Shown here in pieces: positions 18,185 through 27,973 of a stretch of DNA of 64,000 bases. Within the stretch, counting starts at the first letter, position 1. Every line of letters begins with the position of its first letter. This DNA is from Candidatus Shapirobacteria bacterium. GTDB taxonomy: Bacteria; Patescibacteriota; Microgenomatia; UBA12405. The stretch is from assembly GCA_041665485.1 (NCBI GenBank), contig JBAYIT010000002.1, forward strand, positions 133,867-197,866, written 5' to 3'. Position numbers and translations under genes: made by a program. Below the pieces are notes generated by a model, which saw only the letters and a list, made by a program, of their open reading frames with translations, did no database searches and was not told the origin of the DNA.

Positions 18185-21100
18185 ATGCCTTTTACTCACC
18201 TCCATCTCCATACTGAATATTCTCTTCTTGATGGCTTAACCAAGATCAAAAAATTGGCCCAACTTCTCAAAGATACTGGTATGAATTCCTGCGCTATTAC
18301 CGACCATGGCAACATGTATGGCGCCATCGAGTTTTATAAAACCCTAACTAAGGCCGAAATTAAGCCAATCATTGGCTCAGAAATTTATGTCTGTCAGGGT
18401 AGTCGTTTTGAAAAAACCAGTCAAAACCGCAAAAACAATCATTTAATTCTTTTAGCCAAAAATCAAAACGGTTACAAAAATCTGATTAAAATAGTCTCCC
18501 TTGGTCACCTCGAAGGTTTTTACTATAAGCCGAGAATTGATTGGGAAATTTTAGAAAAATATCATCAAGATCTTATTTGTTTAAGCGGTTGCGCCGAAGG
18601 TGAAATCGCCCAACTTATCATCAACGACAAATATACCCAAGCCAAAGCCAAAGCCGAAAACTATCAACAACTTTTTGGGGAAGATTATTACCTAGAAATT
18701 CAGCGCCACCCAGGGCTTGATCAGCAGGAAACCGCCAACGCCGGTCTAATCAAAATCAGCCGTGAAATCGGCATTCCCCTGGTTGCTACCAACGACTCTC
18801 ATTACCTCAAACCTTCAGACGCCTTTGCTCAAGACGTTCTCATTATGATCAACACCCAAACCACTATCAACGACAAAAAAAGGCTTTCCATGGCTGACAT
18901 TCCTGATTTTTATGTCAAAAGTCCTGAAGAAATGATTTCCCAATTCGCCGATTTACCAGACGCCATCAACAACACCCAAAAAATTACCGATAAGTGCAAC
19001 CTAGAAATCGAAATTGGTAAGTGGTATTTCCCCAAGTTTAAACTCCCAGAGGGGGTTACTCCCGAAGATAAACTTAGAGAGATAACCTATCAAAAGGCTA
19101 AAGAACACTATGGTACGATCAGCTCCGAGGTTCAGGAACGCCTAGATTTTGAGTTAAGTATCATTTGTCCTAAAGGCTACGCCGGCTATTTTTTAATCAT
19201 GGTTGATTTTATCCAATGGTGTGAGGAAAACGACACTGCTACCAACACTAGAGGATCGGCTGGTGGCTCTCTTGTATCTTTTGTTTTGGGTATCGTTTCT
19301 GTCGACCCTTTAATTTACCAGCTCCCGTTCGAGCGGTTTCTTAACCAAGATCGCCCCACCCCTCCCGATATTGATCTTGATATTGCCGACGACAAACGCC
19401 AAGCCATGCTCTATCACATTATTGATCAGTACGGCAAAGATGCCATGGCCCAAATCTGTACTTTTGGAAGGATGATGGCCAGAGGCGCCGTCCGTGACAC
19501 CGCCCGCGCCCTAGGCTATGAATACGCCATTGGTGACAGAATTTCTAAGGCCATTCCCATGGGCAAGCAGGGTTTTCCCATGTCAATCGACAAGGCCCTC
19601 GAAATTACCCCCGACCTAAAACAACTTTACGACACCGACCCAGATGCCAAAAAAATTCTTGAGTCTGCCAAACAAATTGAAGGTTGCGCTCGCCATATTT
19701 CCGTTCACGCTTGCGCCATTGTCATCTCTCCAACAACTGTTAATGATTTCTCTCCCACCCAGATTGAAAGTGGTGGCGACAAAATCATTACCCAATACGA
19801 AATGCACGCTGCCGAAGACGTTGGTTTAATTAAGTACGATATTCTTGGTATTCGAAACCTATCGTTTTTAGGTCAGTCAATTATCAATGTTCGTAAAACT
19901 AAAAACATTGATATTAACTTACGCAAAATTCCTCTTGACGACAAAAAAACTTTCGACATGCTCTCAAGAGGCGACACTATGGGCGTTTTCCAGCTTGGCA
20001 GTGAAGGCATGACTAAATGGCTTAAAGAACTTAAACCCAATCGAGTCGAAGACTTAATGGTCATGGTTGCCCTCTATCGCCCTGGCCCCATGGACAATAT
20101 TTCTGCCTATATTGACTGTAAATTCGGCCGAAAAAAGCCGGAATATCTCCACCCAAATATGGAGAAATTCCTTGGTAAAACTTACGGAGTTTTAGTTTAT
20201 CAGGACGATATTCTCTTCACTGCCATTGAAATTGCCGGCTACAACTGGGTGACCGTCGACAAATTAAGAAAAGCTATTGGTAAAAAGATACCTGAAGAAA
20301 TGGCCCTACAGCATGAAATATTTGTCAATGGTTGTGTTGAACACTCTGGTATGACTAAAGATGGCTCCGAAAAAATATGGGAATTATTTGTTCCCTTCCA
20401 AGGATATGGTTTCAATAAAGCCCACGCTGCCTCCTATGGTATGTTGTCCTATCGAACCGGCTACATGAAGGCCAACTATCCCGTTGAATATATGTGCGCT
20501 TTATTAACCGCCGAATCCGGCGACACTGAAAAAATAACCGATGGTATTGAGGAATGCCGTCATCTTGGCATCGTTGTTTCTTCGCCAGACATCAACCTCT
20601 CACAGAAGGGTTTTGAAATGAAGGAAAATGATCAATCGCTTGACAAAATGGGTATCTGCATCGGCTTGTCAGCCATCAAAAATGTCGGTGATATCGCCAT
20701 CGACATTATTATTAAGGAACGGCAAGATAATGGACTATATAAAAGCTTTACTGATTTTTGTCTTCGTGTTGACGGCCAAAAAGTTAATCGAAAAGTTATT
20801 GAAAGTCTAATTCGAGTAGGTGCCTTTGATGCATTCGGCGAACGCAATGCTATGCTTGCTGGTCTCGATCAAATTAAAAACACTGTTGCCCGTATCAATG
20901 CCAAAAAGAGTACTGGCCAAAGTGGCCTTTTTGATGACCCAAGCCAACCCGCTATTACCCAGGCTCCAGCCGATGTTTTCCCCACTGTCTCTCCTATGCC
21001 CCAAAAAGAAAAATTGGCCTTGGAAAAACAACTCTTAGGTATTTATGTCACTGAAAATCCAATTGCCAAAATTCTGGAACCTTTTTCTACCTTATCTCTC

Positions 21101-21610
21101 ACTAAAATTTCTTCACTTCCTTCTTCTCCAGATGCCAATATCAAAATTTGTGGCATCATCACTAAAGCCAAAACAATCCTAACCAAAAAGAACAGTTCAA
21201 AAATGGCCTTTATTACTCTCGAAGACGAAACTGGCAAAATTGAAGTGGTCGTATTTCCCAAAATATACGAGACCTCAGTCAATAGCCTAATTGAACAAAA
21301 ACCGATTTATCTTGAAGGTAAAACCAATGTTCGCGATGGCAACCTATCAATTATTGCCGATTTTATCAGTGAAAATCCGCCCGACACCGCTCCCAAATAC
21401 GACTTTGTTATTAAAATCCCCAAAGGTACTAAGCAATCTCAGCTAATTTCCCTCAACAATCTCCTTAAAACCAACCCTAATGGCCACCGCGGTTTAATCA
21501 TCATGGAAACCGGCAAAAATCTACCTCTCCCTTACGGAGTTAAATATACCCCCGAACTTGAAAAAGAGATTGGAACGATCCTAGGAATCGTCCCAACTCA
21601 GAACGCCTAG
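18185..21610 (+). CDS. dnaE: DNA polymerase III alpha subunit
   Basis: HLHLHTEYSLLDG PHP domain, RGSAGGS, PDIDLD, GYGFNKAHA, C-terminal OB fold. Confidence 0.98.
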   Translation: MPFTHLHLHTEYSLLDGLTKIKKLAQLLKDTGMNSCAITDHGNMYGAIEFYKTLTKAEIKPIIGSEIYVCQGSRFEKTSQNRKNNHLILLAKNQNGYKNLIKIVSLGHLEGFYYKPRIDWEILEKYHQDLICLSGCAEGEIAQLIINDKYTQAKAKAENYQQLFGEDYYLEIQRHPGLDQQETANAGLIKISREIGIPLVATNDSHYLKPSDAFAQDVLIMINTQTTINDKKRLSMADIPDFYVKSPEEMISQFADLPDAINNTQKITDKCNLEIEIGKWYFPKFKLPEGVTPEDKLREITYQKAKEHYGTISSEVQERLDFELSIICPKGYAGYFLIMVDFIQWCEENDTATNTRGSAGGSLVSFVLGIVSVDPLIYQLPFERFLNQDRPTPPDIDLDIADDKRQAMLYHIIDQYGKDAMAQICTFGRMMARGAVRDTARALGYEYAIGDRISKAIPMGKQGFPMSIDKALEITPDLKQLYDTDPDAKKILESAKQIEGCARHISVHACAIVISPTTVNDFSPTQIESGGDKIITQYEMHAAEDVGLIKYDILGIRNLSFLGQSIINVRKTKNIDINLRKIPLDDKKTFDMLSRGDTMGVFQLGSEGMTKWLKELKPNRVEDLMVMVALYRPGPMDNISAYIDCKFGRKKPEYLHPNMEKFLGKTYGVLVYQDDILFTAIEIAGYNWVTVDKLRKAIGKKIPEEMALQHEIFVNGCVEHSGMTKDGSEKIWELFVPFQGYGFNKAHAASYGMLSYRTGYMKANYPVEYMCALLTAESGDTEKITDGIEECRHLGIVVSSPDINLSQKGFEMKENDQSLDKMGICIGLSAIKNVGDIAIDIIIKERQDNGLYKSFTDFCLRVDGQKVNRKVIESLIRVGAFDAFGERNAMLAGLDQIKNTVARINAKKSTGQSGLFDDPSQPAITQAPADVFPTVSPMPQKEKLALEKQLLGIYVTENPIAKILEPFSTLSLTKISSLPSSPDANIKICGIITKAKTILTKKNSSKMAFITLEDETGKIEVVVFPKIYETSVNSLIEQKPIYLEGKTNVRDGNLSIIADFISENPPDTAPKYDFVIKIPKGTKQSQLISLNNLLKTNPNGHRGLIIMETGKNLPLPYGVKYTPELEKEIGTILGIVPTQNA

Positions 21611-21807
21611 AATTGAGTTCTACCAACAGGACTACTTTTCATATCCCTAGACACATTCGGCCCTTTACCGTCATTATTACTATCACCTGTGTTATTTTCT
21701 CTATTTCTCGGCGAAATTGGTTCAACAATCTCTCTAATTATTCCCAATGCTATTAGTTGAACCATCAGTCTCCAGTCTTCTGTATCTGTTTCTTGCATCC
21801 GTCCCAA
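21607..21807 (-). CDS. Small hypothetical protein (63-66 aa) with a strong SD
   Basis: AAGGAGGTGA (21823-21814) 6 nt before the TTG; one hydrophobic stretch LMVQLIALGII. Confidence 0.55.
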   Translation of the reverse strand: MGRMQETDTEDWRLMVQLIALGIIREIVEPISPRNRENNTGDSNNDGKGPNVSRDMKSSPVGRTQF

Positions 21808-21850
21808 TTCTTCTCACCTCCTTATATAAATGCTTTCTAAATTTTTTGAC

Positions 21851-21907
21851 AAAAAAAATCCGCCAAAACGGCGGATGAATAAAAAAAAAGCCACCTCCCG
21901 GCGACTT
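21851..21907 (-). terminator. Two tandem intrinsic terminators
   Basis: Minus strand AAGTCGCC-GGGA-GGTGGCTT then T-run, followed by ATCCGCC-GTTTT-GGCGGAT then T-run. Confidence 0.8.
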
Positions 21908-21956
21908 CTTACTAGGTAACTTCCAATGTTTGAACTTAATCATGATTGAGTTACCC
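21880..21956 (-). ncRNA. Candidate sRNA or leader RNA
   Basis: Promoter TTGATT-17 nt-TAGTAT (21988-21960); long hairpin GGTAAC...GTTACC (21955-21915); terminator. Confidence 0.45.
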
Positions 21957-22058
21957 CATATACTACTACCTCCCTCAGCCAAAATCAATACCCATAAGCC
22001 ATTGATTACTCATTCAACTTAATATAAAATACCCAAGAAGTTAAGTTAAACCAAAAAA

Positions 22059-22370
22059 ATGGCCATAAAATTCACCTTAGCCGAAACCGATTACTTTATC
22101 GGTGACACTATTCGGGTTAGCTACAAAATTAAAGAAAAGGACAAAGAAAGGCTTCAAGCTTTCGATGGAATAATTCTCGCCATAAAAGGCAGGGGAGAGA
22201 ATCAAACCTTTACTGTTCAGAAAAACGCCTCCGACAGTATCCGGGTTGAAAGGATTTTTCCAGTAAATTCTCCTTGGATTAGTTCACTTAAGAGAATCCG
22301 CCAACCAAAAATCAAAATTCGCCGAGCCAAACTCTACTACCTTCGCAATCCGAAAGTTAAAACGATATAA
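22059..22370 (+). CDS. rplS: 50S ribosomal protein L19
   Basis: GDTIRV..KIKE..KERLQAFDG, VERIFP.NSP, RRAKLYYLR. Confidence 0.96.
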   Translation: MAIKFTLAETDYFIGDTIRVSYKIKEKDKERLQAFDGIILAIKGRGENQTFTVQKNASDSIRVERIFPVNSPWISSLKRIRQPKIKIRRAKLYYLRNPKVKTI

Positions 22371-22391
22371 TTTTCACCAAAAGGTGGTTAA

Positions 22392-22464
22392 GAGCCCTTA
22401 GCTCAGTCGGTAGAGCAGTTGCCTTTTAAGCAATTGGTCGCGAGTTCAAGTCTCGCAGGGCTCA
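22392..22464 (+). tRNA. tRNA-Lys(TTT)
   Basis: Acceptor GAGCCCT/AGGGCTC; anticodon loop CTTTTAA; T loop TTCAAGT. Confidence 0.95.
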
Positions 22465-22468
22465 CATA

Positions 22469-23116
22469 ATGCACATCTATGGCCTGATTATCGGCATCTC
22501 TATAGCACTGGGTCTGTCCTACTTCCAAAAACACAACCACTTAATTCCCAAAAAATCCGAAAAATTTTTCATTATTGGCCTAATTATCACCAATATTCTC
22601 GGCGCCCGTATTTACCACGTTCTGGACCATTGGATCTTTTATTCTCAAAACATACTCGAAATTTTCCAAACCTGGCACGGCGGTCTCGGAATTTTTGGCG
22701 CCATTATCTTTGCTCTAATTTATATCTTTATCTTCTCCCGTTTAATTCATATCTCTTATCTACCAATTCTTAATTCCATAACACCCATACTCCCCCTCAC
22801 TCAAGCCATTGGTCGACTCGGTAATTGGGTCAACCAAGAAAATCCTTTCTGGTGGCAAGAATCACTTCTCGATCTCTTATTGTTTCTTATCATCCACCGT
22901 TTTCCCAAAAATCCCACCGCCAAGTATCTTTTTGGCTATGGTGCAATCCGCCTAGCCACTGATACCTTCCGTCAAGACATTTGGATCATCAACCAGTTCA
23001 AAATTAGTCAATTATTCGGTATTATATTTATACTCCTTGGCCTCTGTATCTATTTCTATGAAACCAGAATTCAAATCTCCAAAACAAATTTTTCAAAACG
23101 CTCTTTGGGCCCTTAA
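22469..23116 (+). CDS. lgt: Prolipoprotein diacylglyceryl transferase (compact)
   Basis: YG, GARIYHV, WHGGL, QAIGRLGNWVNQE. Confidence 0.88.
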   Translation: MHIYGLIIGISIALGLSYFQKHNHLIPKKSEKFFIIGLIITNILGARIYHVLDHWIFYSQNILEIFQTWHGGLGIFGAIIFALIYIFIFSRLIHISYLPILNSITPILPLTQAIGRLGNWVNQENPFWWQESLLDLLLFLIIHRFPKNPTAKYLFGYGAIRLATDTFRQDIWIINQFKISQLFGIIFILLGLCIYFYETRIQISKTNFSKRSLGP

Positions 23117-24848
23117 ACTAGCCTTTAATTGTAGTCCTGTCATTTTTCTTAGTATTTATCTCTTTCAAGTCCTCGCCTCCACTCTTCCTTTTGCCCGAAG
23201 TCGCTTTTTCTCACAACTTATCGATAGTGCTGTCTACCCATCAAGCCACCAATCGGCTCCCTGGGAAAAATCGTTTATTTTATTTTTGCTTGCAGTTACC
23301 ATCACTTCACTTTTCCTATTCCTTCAAAATCACCTCTCCCGAATCCAAGACACTAAATTCCAGGCGTTCTTAAGAACGATGTTTATTGGTAAGGTCTCGG
23401 GCTTAGATTACCAACATCTCGAGGGCAAAGACACTGGCAACCTCATTTCTAAAGTCGACGAAGAATTCGGCTGGCGCACCCGACGAACCATCGAAGATCT
23501 CAATGGCATTTTCGCCAACCTCATCAGCCTCACCACCGTCACCATCATTCTCCTTCCCAGATATCCTGTCATCTGGGTCGTCCTCTTTGTCAGCCAAATT
23601 CCCCAATATTTTATCCAAAGGTACTGGGTCCAAAAAGATTGGCAAATTCACGAAGAAAACAGCGAAAAAAATAAACAAATGTGGGACCTCAACTACAAAC
23701 TCCGTGAAAAAAATTACATCTCCGAACTCCGCATCAATAATGCCACCAGCTTCTTGTATCAAAAATTTTGCGATATTTTCGATTATTTTGTCAAAACAAG
23801 AACTGGCCTCCGCATCAGCCAAACCCCCTCCGAGGTCGCTCTAATTATCTTTTCTGCCCTCATCAATGGCTTCTGCCTTTTCACCCTCATCAAAGGTCTC
23901 GAGCTAAACCTCCTCACCATCGGCCTTTTCACTTTTTATTTTGAAACCATCCGCCAGACTGGTGATTTTTTCCGCGGCCTCGTCTTCAATTCCGTTAGTA
24001 TCACCGAAAACAGCTATCACATCGGCAATTTCCGCCAGGTCATCAATCTCAAAAACAAAATTATCAGCGGTCGTCAAAGAGTTACTGCCGTGAGTCCCGC
24101 CAAAATCGAATTTGTTGACGTCAGCTTTCATTACCCCAACTCCGCCCGCTACGTTTATCGCCATCTCAATCTCGTCATTAGTCCCGCCGAAGAAATCGCC
24201 ATCGTCGGTCCCAATGGCGCCGGCAAAAGCACCCTCATCAAACTTCTCTGTCGTTTTTACGATCCCACCGCCGGTGCCATTCTCATCAACGGCATCAACC
24301 TCAAAAACATCAACCTCGATTCCTGGTATCGCTCGCTCTCCTTTTTGCCCCAAGAATTCAATACTTATGGCGATCTAAGTCTCAAAGAAAATGTCACCAT
24401 CGCCCGCCCCAAGTCCGTCAACCACAACAATGTCATCAAAGCCCTCAATCTTGCCGATGCCCGATTTTACAAAAAATACCCCCAAGGCCTCGACACCAAA
24501 CTAAGTCAGCGCTACGGTGGCGAAGAGCCCTCTTGGGGCCAGTGGCAAAAAATTGCCATCGCCAGGGTCTTTTATCGCAACGCCCCCGTCATCATCCTTG
24601 ACGAGCCGACTGCCAGTATCGACGCCGTCTCCGAAGCCAAGATCTTCAATCGCCTCTATTCCAAAACCAAGGGCAAAACCCTCATTATCGTCTCCCACCG
24701 TTTCTCCACTGTTAGAAATGCCCAGCGTATCCTCGTTATCGACAAAGGCAAAATTGTCGAGCAGGGGAGTCACCAGGATTTATTAGCCCAAAAAGGGGTT
24801 TACGCCCACTCCTACCGCCTCCAAGCCAAAGGTTATCAAGAGGAATAA
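23058..24848 (+). CDS. ABC exporter, fused permease/ATPase
   Basis: TM domain; GPNGAGKST, SWGQWQK, IILDEPT, SHRFSTVR. Confidence 0.93.
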   Translation: MKPEFKSPKQIFQNALWALKLAFNCSPVIFLSIYLFQVLASTLPFARSRFFSQLIDSAVYPSSHQSAPWEKSFILFLLAVTITSLFLFLQNHLSRIQDTKFQAFLRTMFIGKVSGLDYQHLEGKDTGNLISKVDEEFGWRTRRTIEDLNGIFANLISLTTVTIILLPRYPVIWVVLFVSQIPQYFIQRYWVQKDWQIHEENSEKNKQMWDLNYKLREKNYISELRINNATSFLYQKFCDIFDYFVKTRTGLRISQTPSEVALIIFSALINGFCLFTLIKGLELNLLTIGLFTFYFETIRQTGDFFRGLVFNSVSITENSYHIGNFRQVINLKNKIISGRQRVTAVSPAKIEFVDVSFHYPNSARYVYRHLNLVISPAEEIAIVGPNGAGKSTLIKLLCRFYDPTAGAILINGINLKNINLDSWYRSLSFLPQEFNTYGDLSLKENVTIARPKSVNHNNVIKALNLADARFYKKYPQGLDTKLSQRYGGEEPSWGQWQKIAIARVFYRNAPVIILDEPTASIDAVSEAKIFNRLYSKTKGKTLIIVSHRFSTVRNAQRILVIDKGKIVEQGSHQDLLAQKGVYAHSYRLQAKGYQEE

Positions 24849-24849
24849 A

Positions 24850-25533
24850 TTACCACTCCACCATCCCCTTATCATTCAAAATCAAATAAGCATTGGTTTG
24901 GGAAAATGGTTTTGAGCCAAAAAAGCCATTGTAAGCCGATAGGGGAGACGGGTGAGCCGACCGAATCACCAAGTGCTTCTTCTCGTCAATCAATTTATCC
25001 TGAGCTTGTCGAAGGACTTTCTTTTGGGCGTAATTGCCCCACAAAATAAACACCAAATTTTCTTTTTGCTGAGATAATACTCTCACCACCGCATCCGTAA
25101 ACTTCTCCCAGCCTTTATTTTGGTGCGACCCGGCCACCCCCGCCCGCACCGTCAGTGTGGCATTCAAAAGCAGCACCCCCTGTCTCGCCCAAGCCTCCAA
25201 ATCGCCATTTTTATTTTTTGTTGGTTCTCCCAAATCCGCTTTAATTTCTTTATTAATATTTATTAAAGATGGCGGTAGAGCCACCCCCTCCCGCACCGCA
25301 AAAGCCAATCCATTGGCCTGATTTGGCCCATGATACGGGTCTTGCCCCAAAATCACCACCTTCACTTTATCAAATGGTGTCAGTTCAAACGCCCGAAAAA
25401 TAAACCGAGCCAGTGGATACACCGTCGCCTGTTTGTACTCCGCCTTCACAAATTCCGCCAGTTTTTCAAAATACTCCTCATCAAATTCTTTTCCCAGCGC
25501 CTTCTTCCAACTCTCCTCAATTTTTACTTCCAT
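24850..25533 (-). CDS. ung: Uracil-DNA glycosylase (family 1)
   Basis: GQDPYH, PPSL, GVLLLN, HPSPLS. Confidence 0.97.
   Translation of the reverse strand: MEVKIEESWKKALGKEFDEEYFEKLAEFVKAEYKQATVYPLARFIFRAFELTPFDKVKVVILGQDPYHGPNQANGLAFAVREGVALPPSLININKEIKADLGEPTKNKNGDLEAWARQGVLLLNATLTVRAGVAGSHQNKGWEKFTDAVVRVLSQQKENLVFILWGNYAQKKVLRQAQDKLIDEKKHLVIRSAHPSPLSAYNGFFGSKPFSQTNAYLILNDKGMVEW
24998..25016. repeat. REP-like palindromic insert inside ung (encodes LRQAQD)
   Basis: TCCTGAGCTTGTCGAAGGA; protein reads QKK-VLRQAQDK-LID where family-1 UNGs usually have about 2 residues. Confidence 0.7.
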
Positions 25534-27373
25534 CCATGGCCTCCTTTTTTATTTCCACCATTTGGCAATTATTCAAACTTGACTCAAGTTCTTCAATATT
25601 TTCATGAGAAACAATCAACAACGCTACCGGCGATTTTCCCTCCTCAATTCGCTTCAAGGCCCTAAGTTGTAGTTCTCGATTTTTGCTATCCAAATGGGCC
25701 AATGGTTCATCCAAAATCACCGCTGTCCGCGGTCGGCTCAAAACTGCCACTTCGGCCACCGCCACCAACATCCTCCGTTTTTCTCCCGCCGAAAGTGTTG
25801 AAAATACTCGTTCCGGTTTTATACCTTCACTGGCAATATTTCCACCTTGTTTACTCAGGCAACCAGAAACCCATAGATTCCTCTGGTCGCGGATTTCTCT
25901 TAAAACACTCTCCATTGTTTTTGGAAAAACTCCCTTTTCCGATTTCTCCAATTTTTCTATTTCTTTTTCCAATAAATTATCAGCCATTTTCCATGCCAAT
26001 TCAGTCAATAGTGGATCGTTTTTTCGTCTATGCGCCTCATACATACCCTCGTTTGATTCAAGAAAATATTCTTTAAACAAATCAGCCACTCTATCATTTT
26101 CATTAACTCCCTCATCTGTCACCAAAAGAATTTCTTGAGCCACTTCTTCTGGGCCCTTCAAAGAATGAACATTTACTTTTTTCCCTTTCTTAATAATAAA
26201 TATCGACCCTGCATGTTCCAGTAAGTGCATTATCCCCATCAATGTCACTGATTTACCCGCCCCTGACTCTGCCCTAATAATTACTGCCGAATTTAAAGCC
26301 GCCTCAACTGATATTGGCGCCAACCCCGTTTTTTCTCCGGTTGGCAGTTGGGCAGTAAAGTTTCTTATCACCAAACCATTTCTCAAACCAACACCTGGCA
26401 AATCATTATCTCGGGCTTCTTTTACATGCTCCCGCCAACGTTGTGGAGTGGCAATAAACGGCCGGTTACTTATCGCCTCCACTAAATGCATTGCTATTTC
26501 CGTCGTTCTTTTGGTCGACTCACGTATTCTTTGAGAGTTCAAAACCCCCGTCAAACCTTGCAATCCTTGCTGAAAGCCATATAAAGCCGGCAGGGCATTT
26601 CCGCTTTTTGTTAGATATTTCAAAGCAAAAAGCAACTCCGGGGTATAAGATAAAAAATTTACTTTGTCCGTCATGGCAATATGTTCCCGTTGGACTTTTT
26701 TAATATACTCCCCGATTTTTGCCGATCTTCCCGCTCTCGATTCTGCCGCCCGAACAACATTCGATTCCCGATAAAATTTTTCCCCCAACGGAAAAGAAGA
26801 CAATCCAAGAATTGTCACCACCAAAGCCGATAGATAATCTCCATACATGCTCATCGCCACCCCGCTACTTACTGGAATTAAAGAATCACGCCACTTTTGC
26901 AGATTAACTCCTGCCAATTCGGCGTTATACACATTATTTGATAAATTAAAAAGCCCTTCAACCTCTTCCGTCGCAATCCCGGCATTTATCAAAGTCGCTT
27001 CAACTGCCCTTCTATGTGGCCCAAGTCCGGAAACCTTATTCAACAACAACAAACTCCAGCGCGATCCGCTGTTGTTTTTTTCATGAATTCGATACATCCC
27101 ACTGGCAACAATTAAACCAGCGCTCAATCCAAATATTGCTGGTGGCGCCTTTGAAGAAAGGCCAAAAGTTGCCAAACCACGTCCAAAAATTTCTATTCCG
27201 GTCGCTATTGCTAATTTTATTCTATCCCAAGCTAAAACCACCGCCTCTTCCTTGTCGCCACCTAATTTCTCAAAAGACAAAGCTGGGATTTGGTTTTCTC
27301 CACAAATCCTTCGATCCAAGCCAAAGATAGTTGATTTCCAAAGATTGTCTATATGATCGAAATTATATACCAA
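25517..27373 (-). CDS. Divergent ABC-type ATPase with N-terminal membrane segments
   Basis: ESGAGKS (Walker A), LSAGE signature, VILDEP, IVSHE. Confidence 0.75.
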   Translation of the reverse strand: MVYNFDHIDNLWKSTIFGLDRRICGENQIPALSFEKLGGDKEEAVVLAWDRIKLAIATGIEIFGRGLATFGLSSKAPPAIFGLSAGLIVASGMYRIHEKNNSGSRWSLLLLNKVSGLGPHRRAVEATLINAGIATEEVEGLFNLSNNVYNAELAGVNLQKWRDSLIPVSSGVAMSMYGDYLSALVVTILGLSSFPLGEKFYRESNVVRAAESRAGRSAKIGEYIKKVQREHIAMTDKVNFLSYTPELLFALKYLTKSGNALPALYGFQQGLQGLTGVLNSQRIRESTKRTTEIAMHLVEAISNRPFIATPQRWREHVKEARDNDLPGVGLRNGLVIRNFTAQLPTGEKTGLAPISVEAALNSAVIIRAESGAGKSVTLMGIMHLLEHAGSIFIIKKGKKVNVHSLKGPEEVAQEILLVTDEGVNENDRVADLFKEYFLESNEGMYEAHRRKNDPLLTELAWKMADNLLEKEIEKLEKSEKGVFPKTMESVLREIRDQRNLWVSGCLSKQGGNIASEGIKPERVFSTLSAGEKRRMLVAVAEVAVLSRPRTAVILDEPLAHLDSKNRELQLRALKRIEEGKSPVALLIVSHENIEELESSLNNCQMVEIKKEAMDGSKN

Positions 27374-27415
27374 AACTCACTATTTTAATCAAAATCCATC
27401 TATAATTCTCTCCAT

Positions 27416-27877
27416 ATGGAAAATCACCAAATCAATGTTCGTTTAAGAATGGTTATTATCAAAAATGGTAAATTATTGACGCAATACACCGAAAAACACG
27501 ATTATTATTTCTATATCGGTGGTCACTTGGAATATGGCGAAACCGTCCTAGACGGCTGTCAGCGAGAAATAATTGAAGAATGTGGCGACGGCACTAAATT
27601 TACTTTCCAAAAAATACTCTACATCCGCGACTTTATAATGCCCGAAGACAACGAGCATAGTGTCGAGCTTTTTATCCTCGGTGATATCAACAAATTTGAA
27701 GAACTCGAACACCAATTAGACCCCCAACATCCCGACGGTTCTGTCTGGAGCACCTGGCTCAACATCAATAATCTTCCCGCCAATTTATTGCCAAAACTTT
27801 TAACCCCCAAGCTCATCACCGATTATAAAAATAATTTCCCCACCACCGGCGAATACGTCGGCAGAATGAATAAGTAA
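27416..27877 (+). CDS. NUDIX hydrolase
   Basis: GGHLEYGET...GCQREIIEECG Nudix box. Confidence 0.85.
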   Translation: MENHQINVRLRMVIIKNGKLLTQYTEKHDYYFYIGGHLEYGETVLDGCQREIIEECGDGTKFTFQKILYIRDFIMPEDNEHSVELFILGDINKFEELEHQLDPQHPDGSVWSTWLNINNLPANLLPKLLTPKLITDYKNNFPTTGEYVGRMNK

Positions 27878-27973
27878 TCACCACTCTGTCCTCTCTGGCC
27901 TCCTTTATCCCATCTCATATAATTTCTCTCCAATTTTACCCCTTTTTGAGCTGAAGTGAGGTAGAATATAGCT

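Noticed and set aside
18185-21610. Intein in DnaE
   Set aside because: Normal length, with no intein splice-junction or LAGLIDADG motifs seen.
27881-27920. Weak 9-nt periodic pyrimidine tract before hsdM
   Set aside because: Too degenerate to separate from the C/T-rich strand bias.
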